Assembly (NCBI RefSeq): GCF_004010195.1
Contig: NC_057722.1
Location: 9,849,348 to 9,913,347 of the forward strand
Direction of reading: 5' to 3'
Source: Chiloscyllium plagiosum
Lineage: Eukaryota
DNA: 64,000 bases
Shown here in pieces: positions 35,001-50,000 of this stretch (the stretch's first letter is position 1; each line of letters starts with the position of its first letter). The notes beneath the pieces were generated by a model. It had not been told where the DNA came from and searched no databases. It saw nothing but the letters and a program-made list of their open reading frames with translations. Position numbers and translations under genes: made by a program.

Positions 35001-38000
35001 CATGTCACTGCAGGGACTTAGTAAGTTTATTATTCAGCTGCTCCTAATCAGAGCTCCTACCAGTGTTTTATCTCTTCAAAAGAATGCTATTTTATCAGTG
35101 TTCCTTTTCTCCTGCTCAAGCACTCATGCCTCCCTCTCACATTACCCTACCCTCTTCCATCCCATAGTTTCTTCATCGCTCTCAGCCAATGGACAACTGT
35201 AATATCACTTGAGACTGGCTACATCTTAACTGTGCCCTTCACCTGAAACACCTATGAATGTTATCTCACACATTTCCTTTATAGTGAGTGTGTGTGTGTG
35301 TACTGGTGCTTGACAGTTCATTCATGGGTGTGTTGTCTAGGCCTGCATTTATTGCCTACCACTAGTCACCCTGTAAAAGGTGGTGATGAGTTGCCTTCTT
35401 AATCCACTGCAATCCATATTTGGAGGAACACCCACAATTCTGTTAGGGAGGGAGTTCCAGGATTTTGTTTTAGTGACGCTGCAAGAACAATTACATAGTT
35501 CGGCATTGTTATGGTGTGGCTTTGGAGGGTAACCTGCTGGTGGTGGTGATCTCTGCAGGTGATGGAGATGGTGATCCCTGCAACTAGTGCCCTGATCCTT
35601 CTGGATGGTAGAGAGTGATACTGAAAGGTGATGTTAAAAGAAAAATTGGTGAATTAAACCTATGCATTTCGAAGATGGTACAGACCGATGCCAATGTGTA
35701 TTAATAGTGGAGGGAGTGAAATGTGCTGGTGTATGGGGTTGCCAATTAAGTGTGATGCTTTGTCCTGGATTGCATCAGCTTTTTGAGTGCCACTGGAGAT
35801 GCACTATTCCAGACAAGTGGGGAATATTCTATCACACTGCTGACTGGAGCCTTGTAGATGACAGACTTTAAATCGACAGATGGCCAGTTATTCATCCCAG
35901 CATTCCTAGGTTCTAACCTGCTATTACAGCCACAATAGATATATGGCTACTCCAGTTCAACTTCGAGACAATGGTAACCTTCAGAATTTTGTAATTGGGG
36001 GATTCAATGATAGTGATGCAGTTGAACATCAAGGGATTCTGGTTAGATTCCCTTGTTTGTGGGAGATGGTCATTGCCTGTCGCTTGTATGCTGCAAATGT
36101 TAATTGCTATTTATAAGCACAGGCCTGGATGGTGGACTTGTCTTGCTGCAGTTGGACAAGGACTGCTACAGAATCTGAGGAGTTGCGAATGGTGCTGAAC
36201 ATAATACGATCGTCAGTGAACATTGACTCCTGTTCTGCTCAGTCAAATACTGCCTTGATGTCAAGGGTAGCTACTCTAACCTCATCTCTGGAATTCAGTC
36301 TTTTGTCCATATTGGAACCAAGGCTGTAATAAAGTCAGGAGCTGGGTGGCCCTGATAGAATCCAAACTGAGAATCAGTGAGGGTTGTTGAGCAAGTGCTG
36401 CTTGATAGCACTGTTGATGACACCTTCTGTCACTTTTCTGATCATTGAGAGTAGACTGATGTGGCTGTAATTAGCTAGATTTGACTAATCCTACATTTTT
36501 GTGGACAAGACACACTGAGAAATTTTCCACATTGTAGTATAGATGCCAGTATTGTAGATGCATTGAAATTATATGGCAAGGGGTGCAGCAAGTTCTGGAG
36601 CACAAGTCTTCAGTCCTATAACTAGAATGTTGTCAGGGCCTATAGCATTTGCAGTATCCAGTACCTTCAGCTGATAAGGATATATGGAGTTGAACTGGCT
36701 GAAGACTACCATTTGGTAATGTTGAGAGCCTCAGGTGGAGGCCAAGATGGACCATCTTAGTACTTTTTGGACTGATATGCAGGGTTCCCATGATTGAGGA
36801 TGGGAATATTTTATTTTCCACGTCCATTCACAAACGAATGTTGCAACAGTTCAGAGCTTAGCTCTGTTTATTGTGGCATTATTTACCTCTGTCTATCGTA
36901 TGCTTCCCCTGCTTGGCTTGCATGCAGTCCTATGTTGTTGCTTGACCAGATAGAGGTCATTTTTTATTATACCTAGCGCTGCTCCTGGTATACCTTCCTG
37001 CACTCTTCACTGAGGCAGGGTTGAACTCACAGCTTGACGCCAACAGTAGGCAGCAGGATCAACCCAGACAAGAGATTACAGGTTGTGGTTAAGTCTGCTA
37101 CTGCTGATGGCCCACAGTGTCTCATTGAGACCCAGTTTCAAGTTGCTAGATGTGTTCAAAGTTTGTAGTTTTTTCAACAAGGTGGTAGTGCTACACTACA
37201 CGGACAGTATCACTATATACTGCTACATTTTGTGGATTGATCATGTGGTGAAACAGGAAATATGCAGTCTCTTCAATGGCATCAGAGATTTTATCTGTAA
37301 GATATTCTTTGATGATCCCTATATCATGTTGCTTGATGAGTCTGTGAGATAGTTGTCCCAATTTGGGCACATGATGGTGTCAAGGTGGACAACAGGGTTG
37401 GCTTTGGCACTAAGTTTTCCCTAAATCAATGCCAGGTGACTGTTCAGTTTCATTCCATTGTATAGCTGGTGTCACACACAGGTCAGATCGGATAAAGTCA
37501 ACAAATTTCCTTTCCTCAAGAGGCATCAGTGGACTAAATGACTGTTTTAATTTCAGATATTTCCCTTCTCTATGGTGGGATTTGACCCCACAATTTCAGT
37601 CTGCGGATCTGGATTACTAGTCCAGTGATATTCCTGTTATGCCACTGCCTCCTGTTTGCATTTTCAACTCCTCGCTGCTTACAATGTATAATATATAAGT
37701 GGCCTGGCGCCAACCTAGCTGCTGTGCTGCTCATTACCTTGTCCTTTACGAAGAGTTTTAATCCCAAGTCCTCTATCCCTTTGTGCAGGTACTCAGCATT
37801 CTCCTGGTGAAGTTTCCAGTATTCCTCAAGGCCCTGTATAGCAAAGAATGAAACTGCAAAATCAAAAAATAAATCCCCATCTCCAACACTAAAAAATGAA
37901 ACATCTACAGGCAGGATGCAGAATCATGTGGGCAGCGATCAGGACAATAGGCAGGATGCTGTGTAATTGGCAGAAGTTGATGTTCTGGGGCTAGGGATTA

Positions 38001-41000
38001 AAATCATGACCTCTAACATTTTTTTGCTCTATTTCTCAGAAAGCATGAAGACTGATTTGACAGTCATTTTACACTTTGTGAAGAAACTAGGAGACAGTTT
38101 GAAGCCCAGTGCGTTTCAGGCAAGCAGCACTAGGGAGGGAACAAGAAGTCTGTCGGTTTCATGTTCAGGCCCGAGTATTTTGGCTTCCCGTACTCTCCTG
38201 TCAACTGCAGGTTGTCCACCTGAATCGGGTGAACAGCACAGGGTGAGGAGCTAGGGGGAGTTTAAGAACTCAAGAGTCCACTGACTGACACCAAAGCAAA
38301 ACCTCACTAGTGAGAAACAAAGCACTGACAGGAATTTGGGAGGTGTTGTGGTTGAGATTAGAGAGGGATACTCCAGTACAGCGGCCCTCGCAGCTTTGCA
38401 TTGCAGAATCCTTCCCAACAATAAAAGACGTTTGCTTACTTAGGACAGCTTCTTCACCCTACTCTTCAAAGCTCCTTTCTGAGGCACCTGATCAATTCAA
38501 TCTTGTACTGCCAACTGGCTTATGCCTCAGCCATTGAAATAATAGCCAGTGGGATTCCAATGGGAATGGGATGGTGAATGAGGAAGGAAAGAAATTTTAA
38601 AAGCCCTCTGCTCTTGAGCATCATGGGGTAAATTTCTCCCCTCTGGCAACAGAGGCAGATTTATAGGGTTATGTTCCACAACTTGCCCTTGTTTTTGGTA
38701 GGTGAGGAGCATGTAAAATATGATGAATGCTTTAGGCCATGGGAAGCCCATCCCCTGTCCTTGTCCCCAACATATGGTAGATGGGCACTGGCATCGCCAG
38801 CCAAAATGCAATTTATTAACAATCATTAACAGGCAGCAGAGATCATTAACATTTGTTTTGAGGGTGAATATAATTCTGTCCATGTTATAACACTGTGCAC
38901 ATCATGGGGACCTGCCATAATCTCCTACTATCACAAGATTTCATTTCTCGGGCAGTACGATGGCACAGTGGTTAGCACTGCTGCCTCACCGTGCCAGAGA
39001 CCCGGGTTCAATTCCCACCTCAGGCAACTGTCTGTGTGGAGTTTGCACACTCTCCCTGTGTCTGCGTGTGTTTCCTCCGGGTCTCTGGTTTCCTCCCACA
39101 GTCCAAAGATGTGCAGTTTAGGTGAATTGGCCATGCTAAATTGCCTGTAGTGTTAGGTGAAGGGGTAAATGTAGGGAAATGGGTCTGGGTGGGTTGCTCT
39201 TCGGAGGGTCAGTGTGGCCTGTTTCCACACTAAGTAATGTAATCTTCTCCTTTGTTACCTCCAATCTGGCCAGAGAAGCACACGCTCAGTGCTCTCTACC
39301 TTCCCCAATGTCTCCCCACTCTAGCTGTCTGGGCTTACTTGTGTCCTAGCAACATCCATTACAGAATCCTCTCACTGCTGGGACCGTGTTTGACCAGAGG
39401 GCAAAACATGCTCCCAAGAAGGGGTGTTAAATCTTACCCTCACCTCCTTCAGACCATCCAGAGCGTGTTATCAAAACAGGAGCGGCCTTCTTTAATGCAT
39501 GTCCAACTTAAAACCAGCTTTTCTTCTTAAATGGAGTGGGCTAGGGATTGCAGACATCAAGAGCCCTTGTGAAATTCAACTCCCACTCTGCATCTCTTGT
39601 GTTACAAACAACCAGCGACCCTGCGACTATTGTTGCATTGAAGATACTTACGAGTCTTCAGTCACAAATACTGGAATGAGAACACTATCAGTATGGCTGG
39701 GCTGTTACCAGTGCAACAAGAGGGTCAGGTAGGAAGAATAACCAGCTGGGCATACAGACAATTTCCACTGCACTTGCTTGTATTTAGGAAGAAATCAACA
39801 TCTCGAGAAATGGGAGAAATGTAGAGAGTACAATAAGTACCTATGGATGTTAAGTATTGTCCTGGGAGAGGAGTAAAGTTAGATATTGTACTGAGTCTAC
39901 GGTAAGCTGTACTGTCCTGAAAAGGAGATGAATTCTGTTAGATCCAGTCCTGACAAAAGGCTGCTGTTAGTTGCTAACCAATAGTTATTATCCCGGGAAT
40001 CCACATGGTGCTTTGCATGGCATGAAATGTGTGTGTCCCATTAAAGCAACATTCAGAAAGCAAGTAGTCCTCACCTGTTCTGCAAGAATTGCAAGCGCCT
40101 CTCTCAATGCAAAAAGGCCCGTGATGGGGGTCGTATGATGGTATCTGTAAAAAGAGTGAGAGTGCTCAATTCTCAGCTCAGTCAGGTTCACCATTCTCAC
40201 AACCCATAGTGGGCCTGGAATTCTGCTCTTTTCCAGCAAAGTCCATTGAAAGCATTGTTTCTTGGTGAATTCTGCCTCTCTGAAACATCCGAGTGAAGAA
40301 AGATTCACAGATCCAAACGTGCTGGAAAAGTGACTCAATCACTCTGGGAATATCTGAAGGTATGTTTTGAATGGATGTCGTATTGTGAGAGGCCTTTTGA
40401 AGCCAGTGATTCAGTTTGTTTAATTTTAAACCAACGGCAAGAACATCTATTAAGTTCGGAATACAAGTTGTCATTTGGTAGTAAAAGACTTGACAATTGC
40501 TGAAAAAAAGACACATTGTGTCAAAACATTTCATCCTTAACTTTTGTCACAAGAATACCAATTCAAGGGAAAAGCCAACATTTATGCCTTTCTGAAAAAG
40601 AGCTATTGGACTTGAAACAGTAACTGTTTCTTCCTCCACAGATGGTGTCAGACCTGATGAATTTCTCTGACAGTGTGCTGACAGTTTGTTTTCATTTCAG
40701 ATCTGTGTACTTTGCTTTTACTCAACGTTTATGCTGCTAGGGTTAGGATTAAACAATGGAATCACATCGTGGCATGATAACTGTTTGTTCGAGGTACAAG
40801 CTGAGGTCCTTGAATGAGTGACACCCAGGCATTCCTTCCCTCTCCTGAACAACTCCTTTTCCCCCTAACACCTGCTCCTTTCCCTTCCCTGCCAATCTGT
40901 CCGAGAGATCCCCATCCCTTGTACCTGTTCCTTCCTACGTGAATGTTCATTCCTCATTCCCACACCCCCTTTTCTTCCCCCTCCATTGGGGTCCTGCCCA

Positions 41001-44000
41001 CATTCACCTGCTCCTTCTCCCCAAGCCCAACTGCTCTCCACTCCGCCAGTGCCCACCCCTCTTAATTCTTCACCCATCCTCTCCTTCCTCCCCCACCAGC
41101 CCCATTTCTACCTCCCCTCACCCAGTTGCTCCAAAACTCTTCCACCACCCAACTTCCCTCTTCTCTCCCCTCCCATATCCTTCAGAAGCCCTCCCACAAA
41201 TTGCTTCCTCAACCCTACCCATGTCTCTGCTCCCTCCTCTCCCCTTCCTTCCCAACATTTCCTGACTCTTGCTTATTTGCAACAATGAAGGAAGAACAGA
41301 ACTCTATCGTACTTTCTCGGGCTCCCATCACAGCCCCAGATGTTAGAGAGCCAACTCATATCGAGGTACAGAGAAGTAGGTTTCTTCCTCCGATTAAATA
41401 TTTTCTGGCTGTGGAAACAAAAGTACACAAAGACCACGTTTGAATTTATGAAGAAAACTCTTGAAAGGGGAACATTTTGAGATTGGTGTTGAATATTTTG
41501 TAAAAGGAATTCACGTTCTGTTCTGTGCTTTTAGGACATTCTGGTGATTGACATCACTTGCAGGCATTCTGACACGTGCAGAGATGCCAAGCCACAATGA
41601 TGTCTCTGATATAAACAGAGGGGAAAGGAGAGCTCAATCAAGTTAAAAGCTAACTTGTAGAAGCAATGTGGAATGTTGTCGTGGCATATTCTTCAATGTC
41701 TGACCAAGAATTCTGTAAACTGTTGGATTCACGGAATTTATTGGAAACATTGAATTGTTGCTCGTCATTATTAAATGTGATTAAATAAACCCAGCAGTTT
41801 TATTGGGCCAAAGTCAAACTGGGGCTTAAAAAACTAGGAAGAGCCTGTGCATAGCAATTGGCAAGGCTAACATTGAATCATCAGCTGGGACACCATCAGC
41901 TGTGGGCAGCACAGTGGCTCAGTGGTTAGCACTGCTGCCTCACAGTGCCAGAGACCCAGGTTCGATTCCAGCCTCGGGCAACTGTCTGTGTGGAGTTTGC
42001 ACAATCTCCCTGTACCTGCGTGGGTTTCCTCCGGGTGCTCCGGTTTCCTCCCACAGTCCGAAGATATGCAGGTTAAGTGAATTGGCCATGCTAAACTGTC
42101 CATATTGTTCAGGGACCTGTAGGTTAGGTGCATTGGTCAGGTGAAATGTCGAGTAATAGGGTATGTGAATGCTTCTGAGTGGGTTACTCTTCAGAGGGTT
42201 GGTATGGACTTGTTGGGCCAAATGGCCTGTTTCCACGCGAGGGGTACTATGAAGTTATCACCATGCCACTGGCTCCACTAATTCCTGATGTTTTAAACTG
42301 TCTCCTCAGTTTTTAAGAAGTGATAACAGTGTGGAGACTATAACACTTTTGGAGGAGTGAAACAGATGCAGATTTATGGGAATTGTATCATTGCTGGTTT
42401 ATGGTTTACCCACTGGAGCTAGATTTAGATTAGATTAGATTAAATTGATTTAATTAAATTAGATTTAGGTCTTTTTGGGCAAAGTAAACTTTTCTACAAT
42501 TTAGAGTATCACTGGCAAGGCGAGCATTTGTTATTCATCCCTAATTCCCCTTGAACTAAGTGACCATCAGATGATTTTAGAAGCAGCTGAAAGCCGACCA
42601 CATTAATGTAATGCTGGTGTAGCGTGTTGGCCAGATCAGGTAAGGATATAGGTCTGGGTACACTATATGTACTGTAGCGATTCAAGAAGTCAACTCACCA
42701 CCATCTTCAAGAGCAACTAGAGATGAGCAATAAATGATAGCCCAACAAATGAACAGTATTTAAAAAAAATTAAATTCCACAAGCCACTGAGGTGAGTTTG
42801 AACCTGTGTCCTCAGAGCATTAACCTGGGCTTCTGGATTACTCATTCATACAGTGACATTGACAATACCTGGGTTTACATGGAGCCTGTCCTAAGCTCAA
42901 GAAGTCCAAATGCTTCACAACACTAAGTAATTTTGAAATGTACCCACAAAATGTAGGAACACAACAGCCAAGTTACAGACTGCAAAATATCTCGACTACA
43001 TGATCAAAATAACTCAGCAGTTTCACCTTCAGTTCTACATGATTACCTTTAGGCTGCCATGGCCTTTTCCTCAACTATAGGCTATCTCTCAGTAATGTTA
43101 TCTATACACAGATAGTTTTATTAGATGTGTTAACACCTTCATCCTGTCCTCACCCAGATTGCATTCTACAACTCCTGTCCTTCTTACCTGATGCCAAACG
43201 ATGGATGAGCCAGAGTATCCTTCAACCGAATAACCGGAAGACAAAGCTTCTGCCAAAGAGTCTACATCCGTGTCCCAGATTCCATGTCCATTGCCAGCCT
43301 CCTCCTTTCACCAAGACGAACAACTTGCAACCTTTGTGTCTGATTCATTCCCGAGTTAAACTTTTAAGAAACCGTATTCCGGTTGATCAAGAAGACAATG
43401 AACCTCTAACCCTACAAATTTGTCCACCTCGATCCTTTATTCTCCACCAGCCACTGAGACCGAAATCCACATTCTCATTATCTACAGATTCTTTTCCCTC
43501 AACTACCCTCTCAGTTCTGACTTAAAGATCCCAATTAATGCAACATTCTGTCATCTCTTTCTTTGCTGATATTATTTGATACACCCTTTTTCTCAATAGA
43601 AAGTTTTTAATCTTCATTTGCAAATTGCCTCAAGGTCTCTACCTGTCATAGTTCTGCAGCTTTCCCCCTGATCCTACCTTTGGTGTACTTTTCCACGATG
43701 ATCTGCTCCATAATGGTCAACTTTCAGCAGATGTGGTCCTTCTTTCTGGAACATTGGCTACTTTCTCCCTCTCGATCTTTAACGAAAAGTCTCCTCAAAA
43801 TAAATCTTTTGAACCCATCCTTTCATCCTACCTCCCTCATCTTTCAACGCTCAGTGTTGGCTTCAGGGATGTTTGGTTAAGCAAAAAGAGACTTTGTAAA
43901 AGGTGATGCTGTAGGTTCCAAGATGAACAAGAAAGGAAGGAAAGTCAGAAGACTGGGGAACTGAACCTGTGCTGGATGCTTGCTCTCTGAGGGAATAAAC

Positions 44001-47000
44001 AGAGGAGGACAATGCAGGTGTTTCATAAATTATTATTTCTTGGCAGTGGCTTGTCATCTAGCAAGATTCAAGGGTTTCACAGAACTGCAAATGACCTGAT
44101 GTCATGTGCATATACCCATTCTGGTGGAAACAGTGAGAGCAGACACAGCTTCTTGCAGATCCTTGTGATCACTACATTGCTGAGCAGATGTACAGTTACA
44201 TACCAGGCTTTGTCATTAAACGAAAGTGGTGCAGTTCCAGGAGGACAGTTGAGGACTTTCTGGGATCCTGAGTAAAGGATGTCGATATCTGAATGGAGAA
44301 AAATGGCTGCATCAGTCGAGCACAATGAGCTAAATACTCAGCAATGCATTAAAATTGACCTTAGCTGTTACTAATAAGGTGTCAGTATTTTTACAGATAG
44401 TTCTCCGATAATGCCGTAGTTATGTTCCAGCAAAACCTCACTTCATAGAAAATCGAGCAATAGAAATAATGGGGCCTATGGGAAAAATGGGGTAAGGGGC
44501 AGATCAGCAGAAAATATCACTCTCAATTGCTCAAAAATCACTCACATGTCTAACACAAAGTATCACACAGCCTGAATAAAGGTTGGAATCATATTTCTTA
44601 AAGCAAAAGTAAATTTAACACAGTACATTTAAAAAATGTAAGAAAGCTGCTCTCCGTACAGTACCTCTCACAGAAAGCTGCTCTGTCGGCAGCTGACATT
44701 GGAGCATGTGCAGTACGTCACAAAGACTGGCGCTGACATCGCATACGTGCAGAACTTCACAGACGCACATCAGCGCATGCACAGAACATAGCACGTGAAC
44801 CAATTCCTGCTGGAATCGCGCTTTTGCATACGGAGGTTAGCATTCTCGAAAGTACTGTTCCTTAATTCTTCAGCAACGTTATAGCCAAATCGCGCTGCTG
44901 AAACATGCGTTATCCCAGAACTGCCTGTACTTCATATACTTGAATAAATCTGCTGATTCAGTGGGAGGGAGCAACCGTGTGAGTAGATAGGTGGAGGGGG
45001 AGCCCAGAGGGAGACAAAGAAAAGGGAGAAACTGTTCCACTCTGAAACATGCAGCGAAACATGATTCCTGAAACTATCATCATTGACCCTGTGCCAAATA
45101 ATGGGGACAAAACAGGGTCACGTAAAAACAAACCGTGAACATGTATAGAAGTAACAGAGGTACCTGACCGTGCAGCTAGAGGTAAATCAAAGCAGCACCA
45201 TCCCACAACAATAAGACTCCAGCAGGACCAAATGCAAAAACCTGCAAACGTTTTACAATATTTCTCAGAGAGGAAATAGCCACTTTTAGAAAGAGAATTA
45301 ATTTCTTCTGGAATCCACAATGTACAGTTTATACCCATTGTCTCAAAACAGGAATTAAAGGATCAAGAGTGACAGCAGGATTGATGGCCTACTCTTGAGA
45401 AGAATATCAGATAAGTACATACCCTGCTTATCCATGTAGAGAGGGACCCCTCCAAGAGAAGCAACAGAATCAACCAGCAGCAAACAGTTGTGCCTGGACA
45501 GAAATGAAACAACATTAGGGACATGTAGAAAAATGGCATTTATATTGTCACTATCCGTGTATCGTCAATTTCGAGAATAAAAAGAAATCTAGCAATCTCT
45601 GCCTTGAGCATACTCAATGATTGAATATCTGGGGTACAGAATTCTGAAAATTCACTATTGTATGAGTGAGGAATGTCCTATTCATCTCAGTCCCACATGA
45701 TTTGCCTCTTGTTCTGAGACTTTGTCCTCTGGAACAAGAATCCCAGCCAGGCAAAAACACTCTTTCTTCATTCACCTGGTCAATCCCTTTAAGAAATTTC
45801 TTATTTCCAATTAGACCACTTCTCATTCTTTTAGATTTTATAGAATACAGGCCCTCTTTCAATAATCTCTCCTCACAGGACAGTCTTGCCATTCCAGGGA
45901 TCTGCCTGGTAAACCCATGCTTTAATCTTTTAAAACAAGTGTACACTTCCTTAAGTAGGGACTAAAACTGCACAATACTTCAGATGCTATCTTACCAATG
46001 ATCGATATCATTGAAGCAAGACCTCTTTACTCCTGTATTCAAATCCTCTTGCGATAAAGGCTAACAAATCATTTGTCATCTTAATTCTTGCTGTATTTGC
46101 AGCCAGCTTTCAGTGACTCATGAACAAGGACATTTAGGTCTATTTGGACATCAACATTTCCCAATCTCTCATCATTTAATAAATACCCTGCACCACCATT
46201 TCTCTGACCATGTGGACAACCTCACTTATCCACATTAAATTCTATTTACCATTCACTTGCATATTCAGCCTTTCCAAATCCACTTTATGCTTTTTAGTAT
46301 CAACCTTATAACACATTCCAAACTAGCTTTGTGACATCTGTAAGCTTGGAAATATTACATTTAGTCCCCACATCTAAATCCTTGAGCTAGATTGTGAACA
46401 GCCGCATTGTGGTACCCCACTAGCTGCAGCCTGCCAACCTGAGAATGAACCATTTATAAGTACTGTTTTCTTTCCTTTAATTCATCCATGCCAGCATATT
46501 ACCCCATGTATCCTGGTGCTCTAGCTTTGTTTCCTAACCTGTGTAGGAAAATATTTAAAGTGTTTGAACATTTTCTGGCTCCCCGCTTATCTACTTGGCT
46601 AGTTACATCATCAAAAACATTTAATAGGTTTGACAGAAATATTCCCTTTCATAAAACTATGTTATTTTTGCCAGATCAGATCATTAGTATCCAAGAGTCT
46701 AGTTATCATATCCTTTATATATCTTTATATACTATTCCCACTAAGGATGTCAGGCAAACAGGATTGTAATTCCCCATTCTTTTCTGACACTCCTTTTTTA
46801 AATACTGGAGTTATATTTTTACCCTGCCAATTGTAGGCGCTGTCCAGAATCTATACAATGTTGAAATGTGATCACTATTTCAACATTCTGGAATGTTCAA
46901 TCATTGGGTCCCTGGGATTTGTAAACTTTCAACTCTTCTGAAGGAATGGAGTGGGAGACAGGCAGCAAGTGTTTTGGAACCTCCGAATTAATTAATAAAT

Positions 47001-50000
47001 GGAACATGAGCCACTGACTAAAGTATGGATGTGAGCATTAATTAGATGGTCTTATGCAATATGATGGCAATAAATCGCAAGTCAATGCCAGAATTGTCCT
47101 AGATTATATGAATGTCACTGGTAAGAAGGCTTACATATTAGACCAAAATATTAAGTTGGCAAGTTAGCAGAAGTTTTGATAAGCTCAGACAGTAACAGTG
47201 GAGAAGGGGAATAATTAGAAAGTTACAAAAGGTGTTGAGTGTACATAAGTAAATTTCTAATGAAGTTGGAAAGTGGAATGCAAGTGGCAGAACCTGAAGA
47301 GATGTCAGACTGCAGCATTACGTTTTGAGGCACATATATTAGGAACATTAGGCCTGGAGGTCTGATTGGAACTCTGCTGATGAAAAATTGAGCTGTCTTA
47401 ATAGGAAAAATGATCGCACTACCATAAAGCATAATGGAGCAACAGAAAAAGGATATTGATCAACATTTCTGATCTGAATGTTAAAGAAGTGAAAGGTGAT
47501 GTAAAGCTTTCAGAGTTTCAAGTTTGGGGAGGAGTGGAAATGAAGATTTATATGATCTTTAGAAGGTAAATTTGAAGAGGGGATAAATTGATCAGCTATT
47601 GCTGGGAAAAGACAAGAGCAGGTAGGATTTATTTTTAGTAACTGACAGCAATCTTGTAGCCTTTTAATATTAATGAAAAGGGTCAACAGAAAATGAAGGT
47701 TATAGGTCACCTGTGGTGGAGTTGAGCCTGCATTGAGTGATTGACATATACTCACTTATGACAGAGAGGTCCTATCCCATCCATTTCCTGAACTACACCT
47801 GAGGAGGACTCCCCGTGCGTGATGAAAAACAAAATGGGCTTGTGCTGCTCCAGAGCCTGTGAAGCAAAACAGATCTTTTACATGGCACCTGCTCACAGCT
47901 GACAGCAAAAACAGACCAACTTTCAGATCCACACATGGCAATTGGAGTTGCCTATATCTCCTGCCCACTTTGTGAAGTTGAACATGAGTAATGCATCCCC
48001 ATTCGTCGCACTGGATTACCCTGAATCAGAAACAGAGTTTTCACTCTGTGAGCAAACCGGCTCAGCGTAATGACAAATCATCGGTCACTGAACTTGCCAT
48101 CACAAAGCCACTTCACACTCTGTTGTTGGAAGTTATTATAATGACTGCCCCAATAATGCATCTTCTGCCATTCCCTAACCAAATTGGGAGTGCAAATGTC
48201 AGGCATGAGACATCAGTGGAGTCTGGGAACCAAGAGAGGAAAATACTTTAGAGGCTCAGCCAATATCAGAGCTGAACATGGAATAATCACCCTAAAGAGA
48301 ATCTCAGAGATCAAAATACGTGACTGGTTCCAGGAGTGTACTGGCACACCTCTGCATCCGATTTTCAATAACCCACGTACAATGAAATACTAAAGTCTCT
48401 CTACTCATATAAGCTTACAAGTTAGGAACAGAAGTGGACCATTTGGGTGCTCCAGCCTGCTCAACCATTTAATAAGATCATGGCCATTCGGATTGTAAAC
48501 TCAACTCCACATTGCCAACTACTCCACCCTCACTCCCTGGAAACCTTTTGCTTCCCAAGAGTTTAAGCACCTTAAAAACAATTCATAGATTTGGGTTTGA
48601 CTGCCTTGTGAGGATAACACTTCTAAAAACTCTCAAATCTTTGAGGGACAAAAAAAAAATCCTCATCTCTCTTAGTTGGACAAACCATTTCTTTTAAAAC
48701 AGTGACTAATGATTCATGGATTAAAGTTTGAGATCATCATAGAATTCCTCCAGTGTGGAAACAGGCCATATCAAGTGAACACCAACCCTCCAAAGAGCAC
48801 CTCACCAAGGCCCACTCTACGTTTCCCATTTCCCACCTCACCCACACCTTGCTGGACACTATGGCCAATCCTAATAACTTGCACATCCTAGGACTCCAGG
48901 AGGAAACCCACACAGACAATCACCTAAGGGTGGAATTGAACTCAGGTCCCTGTGCTGTGAGGCAGCAGCGCTAACCACTGAGCCACCGTGCTGCATCAGA
49001 TGAGAGTGAAAGACCATCCAAGATTCTCTTAATTTGCCCGACATTGTTGAGTGACCTCAGAAACTAACTACTCACATCAAAATGCATGTGCTTTGATGAA
49101 GTAGAAATTCTAAGGCCAAACAATGAGAGCTCAGGGTCCTTTGCTCCTTTGGTCTGGGTGCACTAACACATTGGCCAGTAGGTGGTGCCATAGTATTCTG
49201 TCCAACCCGCCCCCACAAACTGCTCTGACTTTTGAATCAGAAACCAAATCAATAGAGACCTTAATTTATTCTGATTGAGGTTCCAACCCTTACAAATGAC
49301 AGTCAATTATTTAGAAGACTACAATCTTTATTTTTATGACTGTCACTACGTTTCCACTAATTGAAGGAGGGAGAAGAGGCATAACCCCAAGACACACACA
49401 CGGACACGTCTATGCGCACATGCAAGTAGATGACCTAAGACAAACCTGCTCAATTTCTTGCAAGGTGAACATTTCACCCGGAGGTTTTACAAATCTCCTG
49501 ACATCGCCACCTTAAATACAAAGTGACAGGATAACATCACTGTGGTGTCAAGTCTTCATCTGGATCTATTTCAACATAATGTTCTGGTTACCACTAAGTT
49601 AACAGAAAACTCAATATTTTTGAAAGTTGAAAGTCTTAATTGAAAGTTATACTCAAGAGGTCAGATGGCCTCTTTGGTATGCAGCAGCACCATATCAGAT
49701 TGTGAGCTTTTCCAGTGCTGACAATAAAAGATCTGAGGAGTTGTCCTTTGATTGAAGCCTTCATGACAGCTGCAAGTACTCATCTGATTCTGTTGCATTT
49801 ATCTGGGAACGTTGACCAGATAATTGATTTCAATGTGGAGCATGATCAGGCTGGGGCGTGAGCCTGCAGCATGTTATTATTGTGCTGGAAAACCTTGAAG
49901 ACACACAGATCTGATTAGTAGAGATAGAGCAAGATCTGTATCAGAAAGAGAGAGAGAGAGAGAGCACGCGAGAGACAGAGACAGCATGACCCAAATCAGG

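Noticed and set aside
48058-48110. Intronic C/D box snoRNA on the - strand (GGC..GTGATGG...CTGA-GCC)
   Set aside because: Imperfect C box, only ~50 nt, no recognisable rRNA guide
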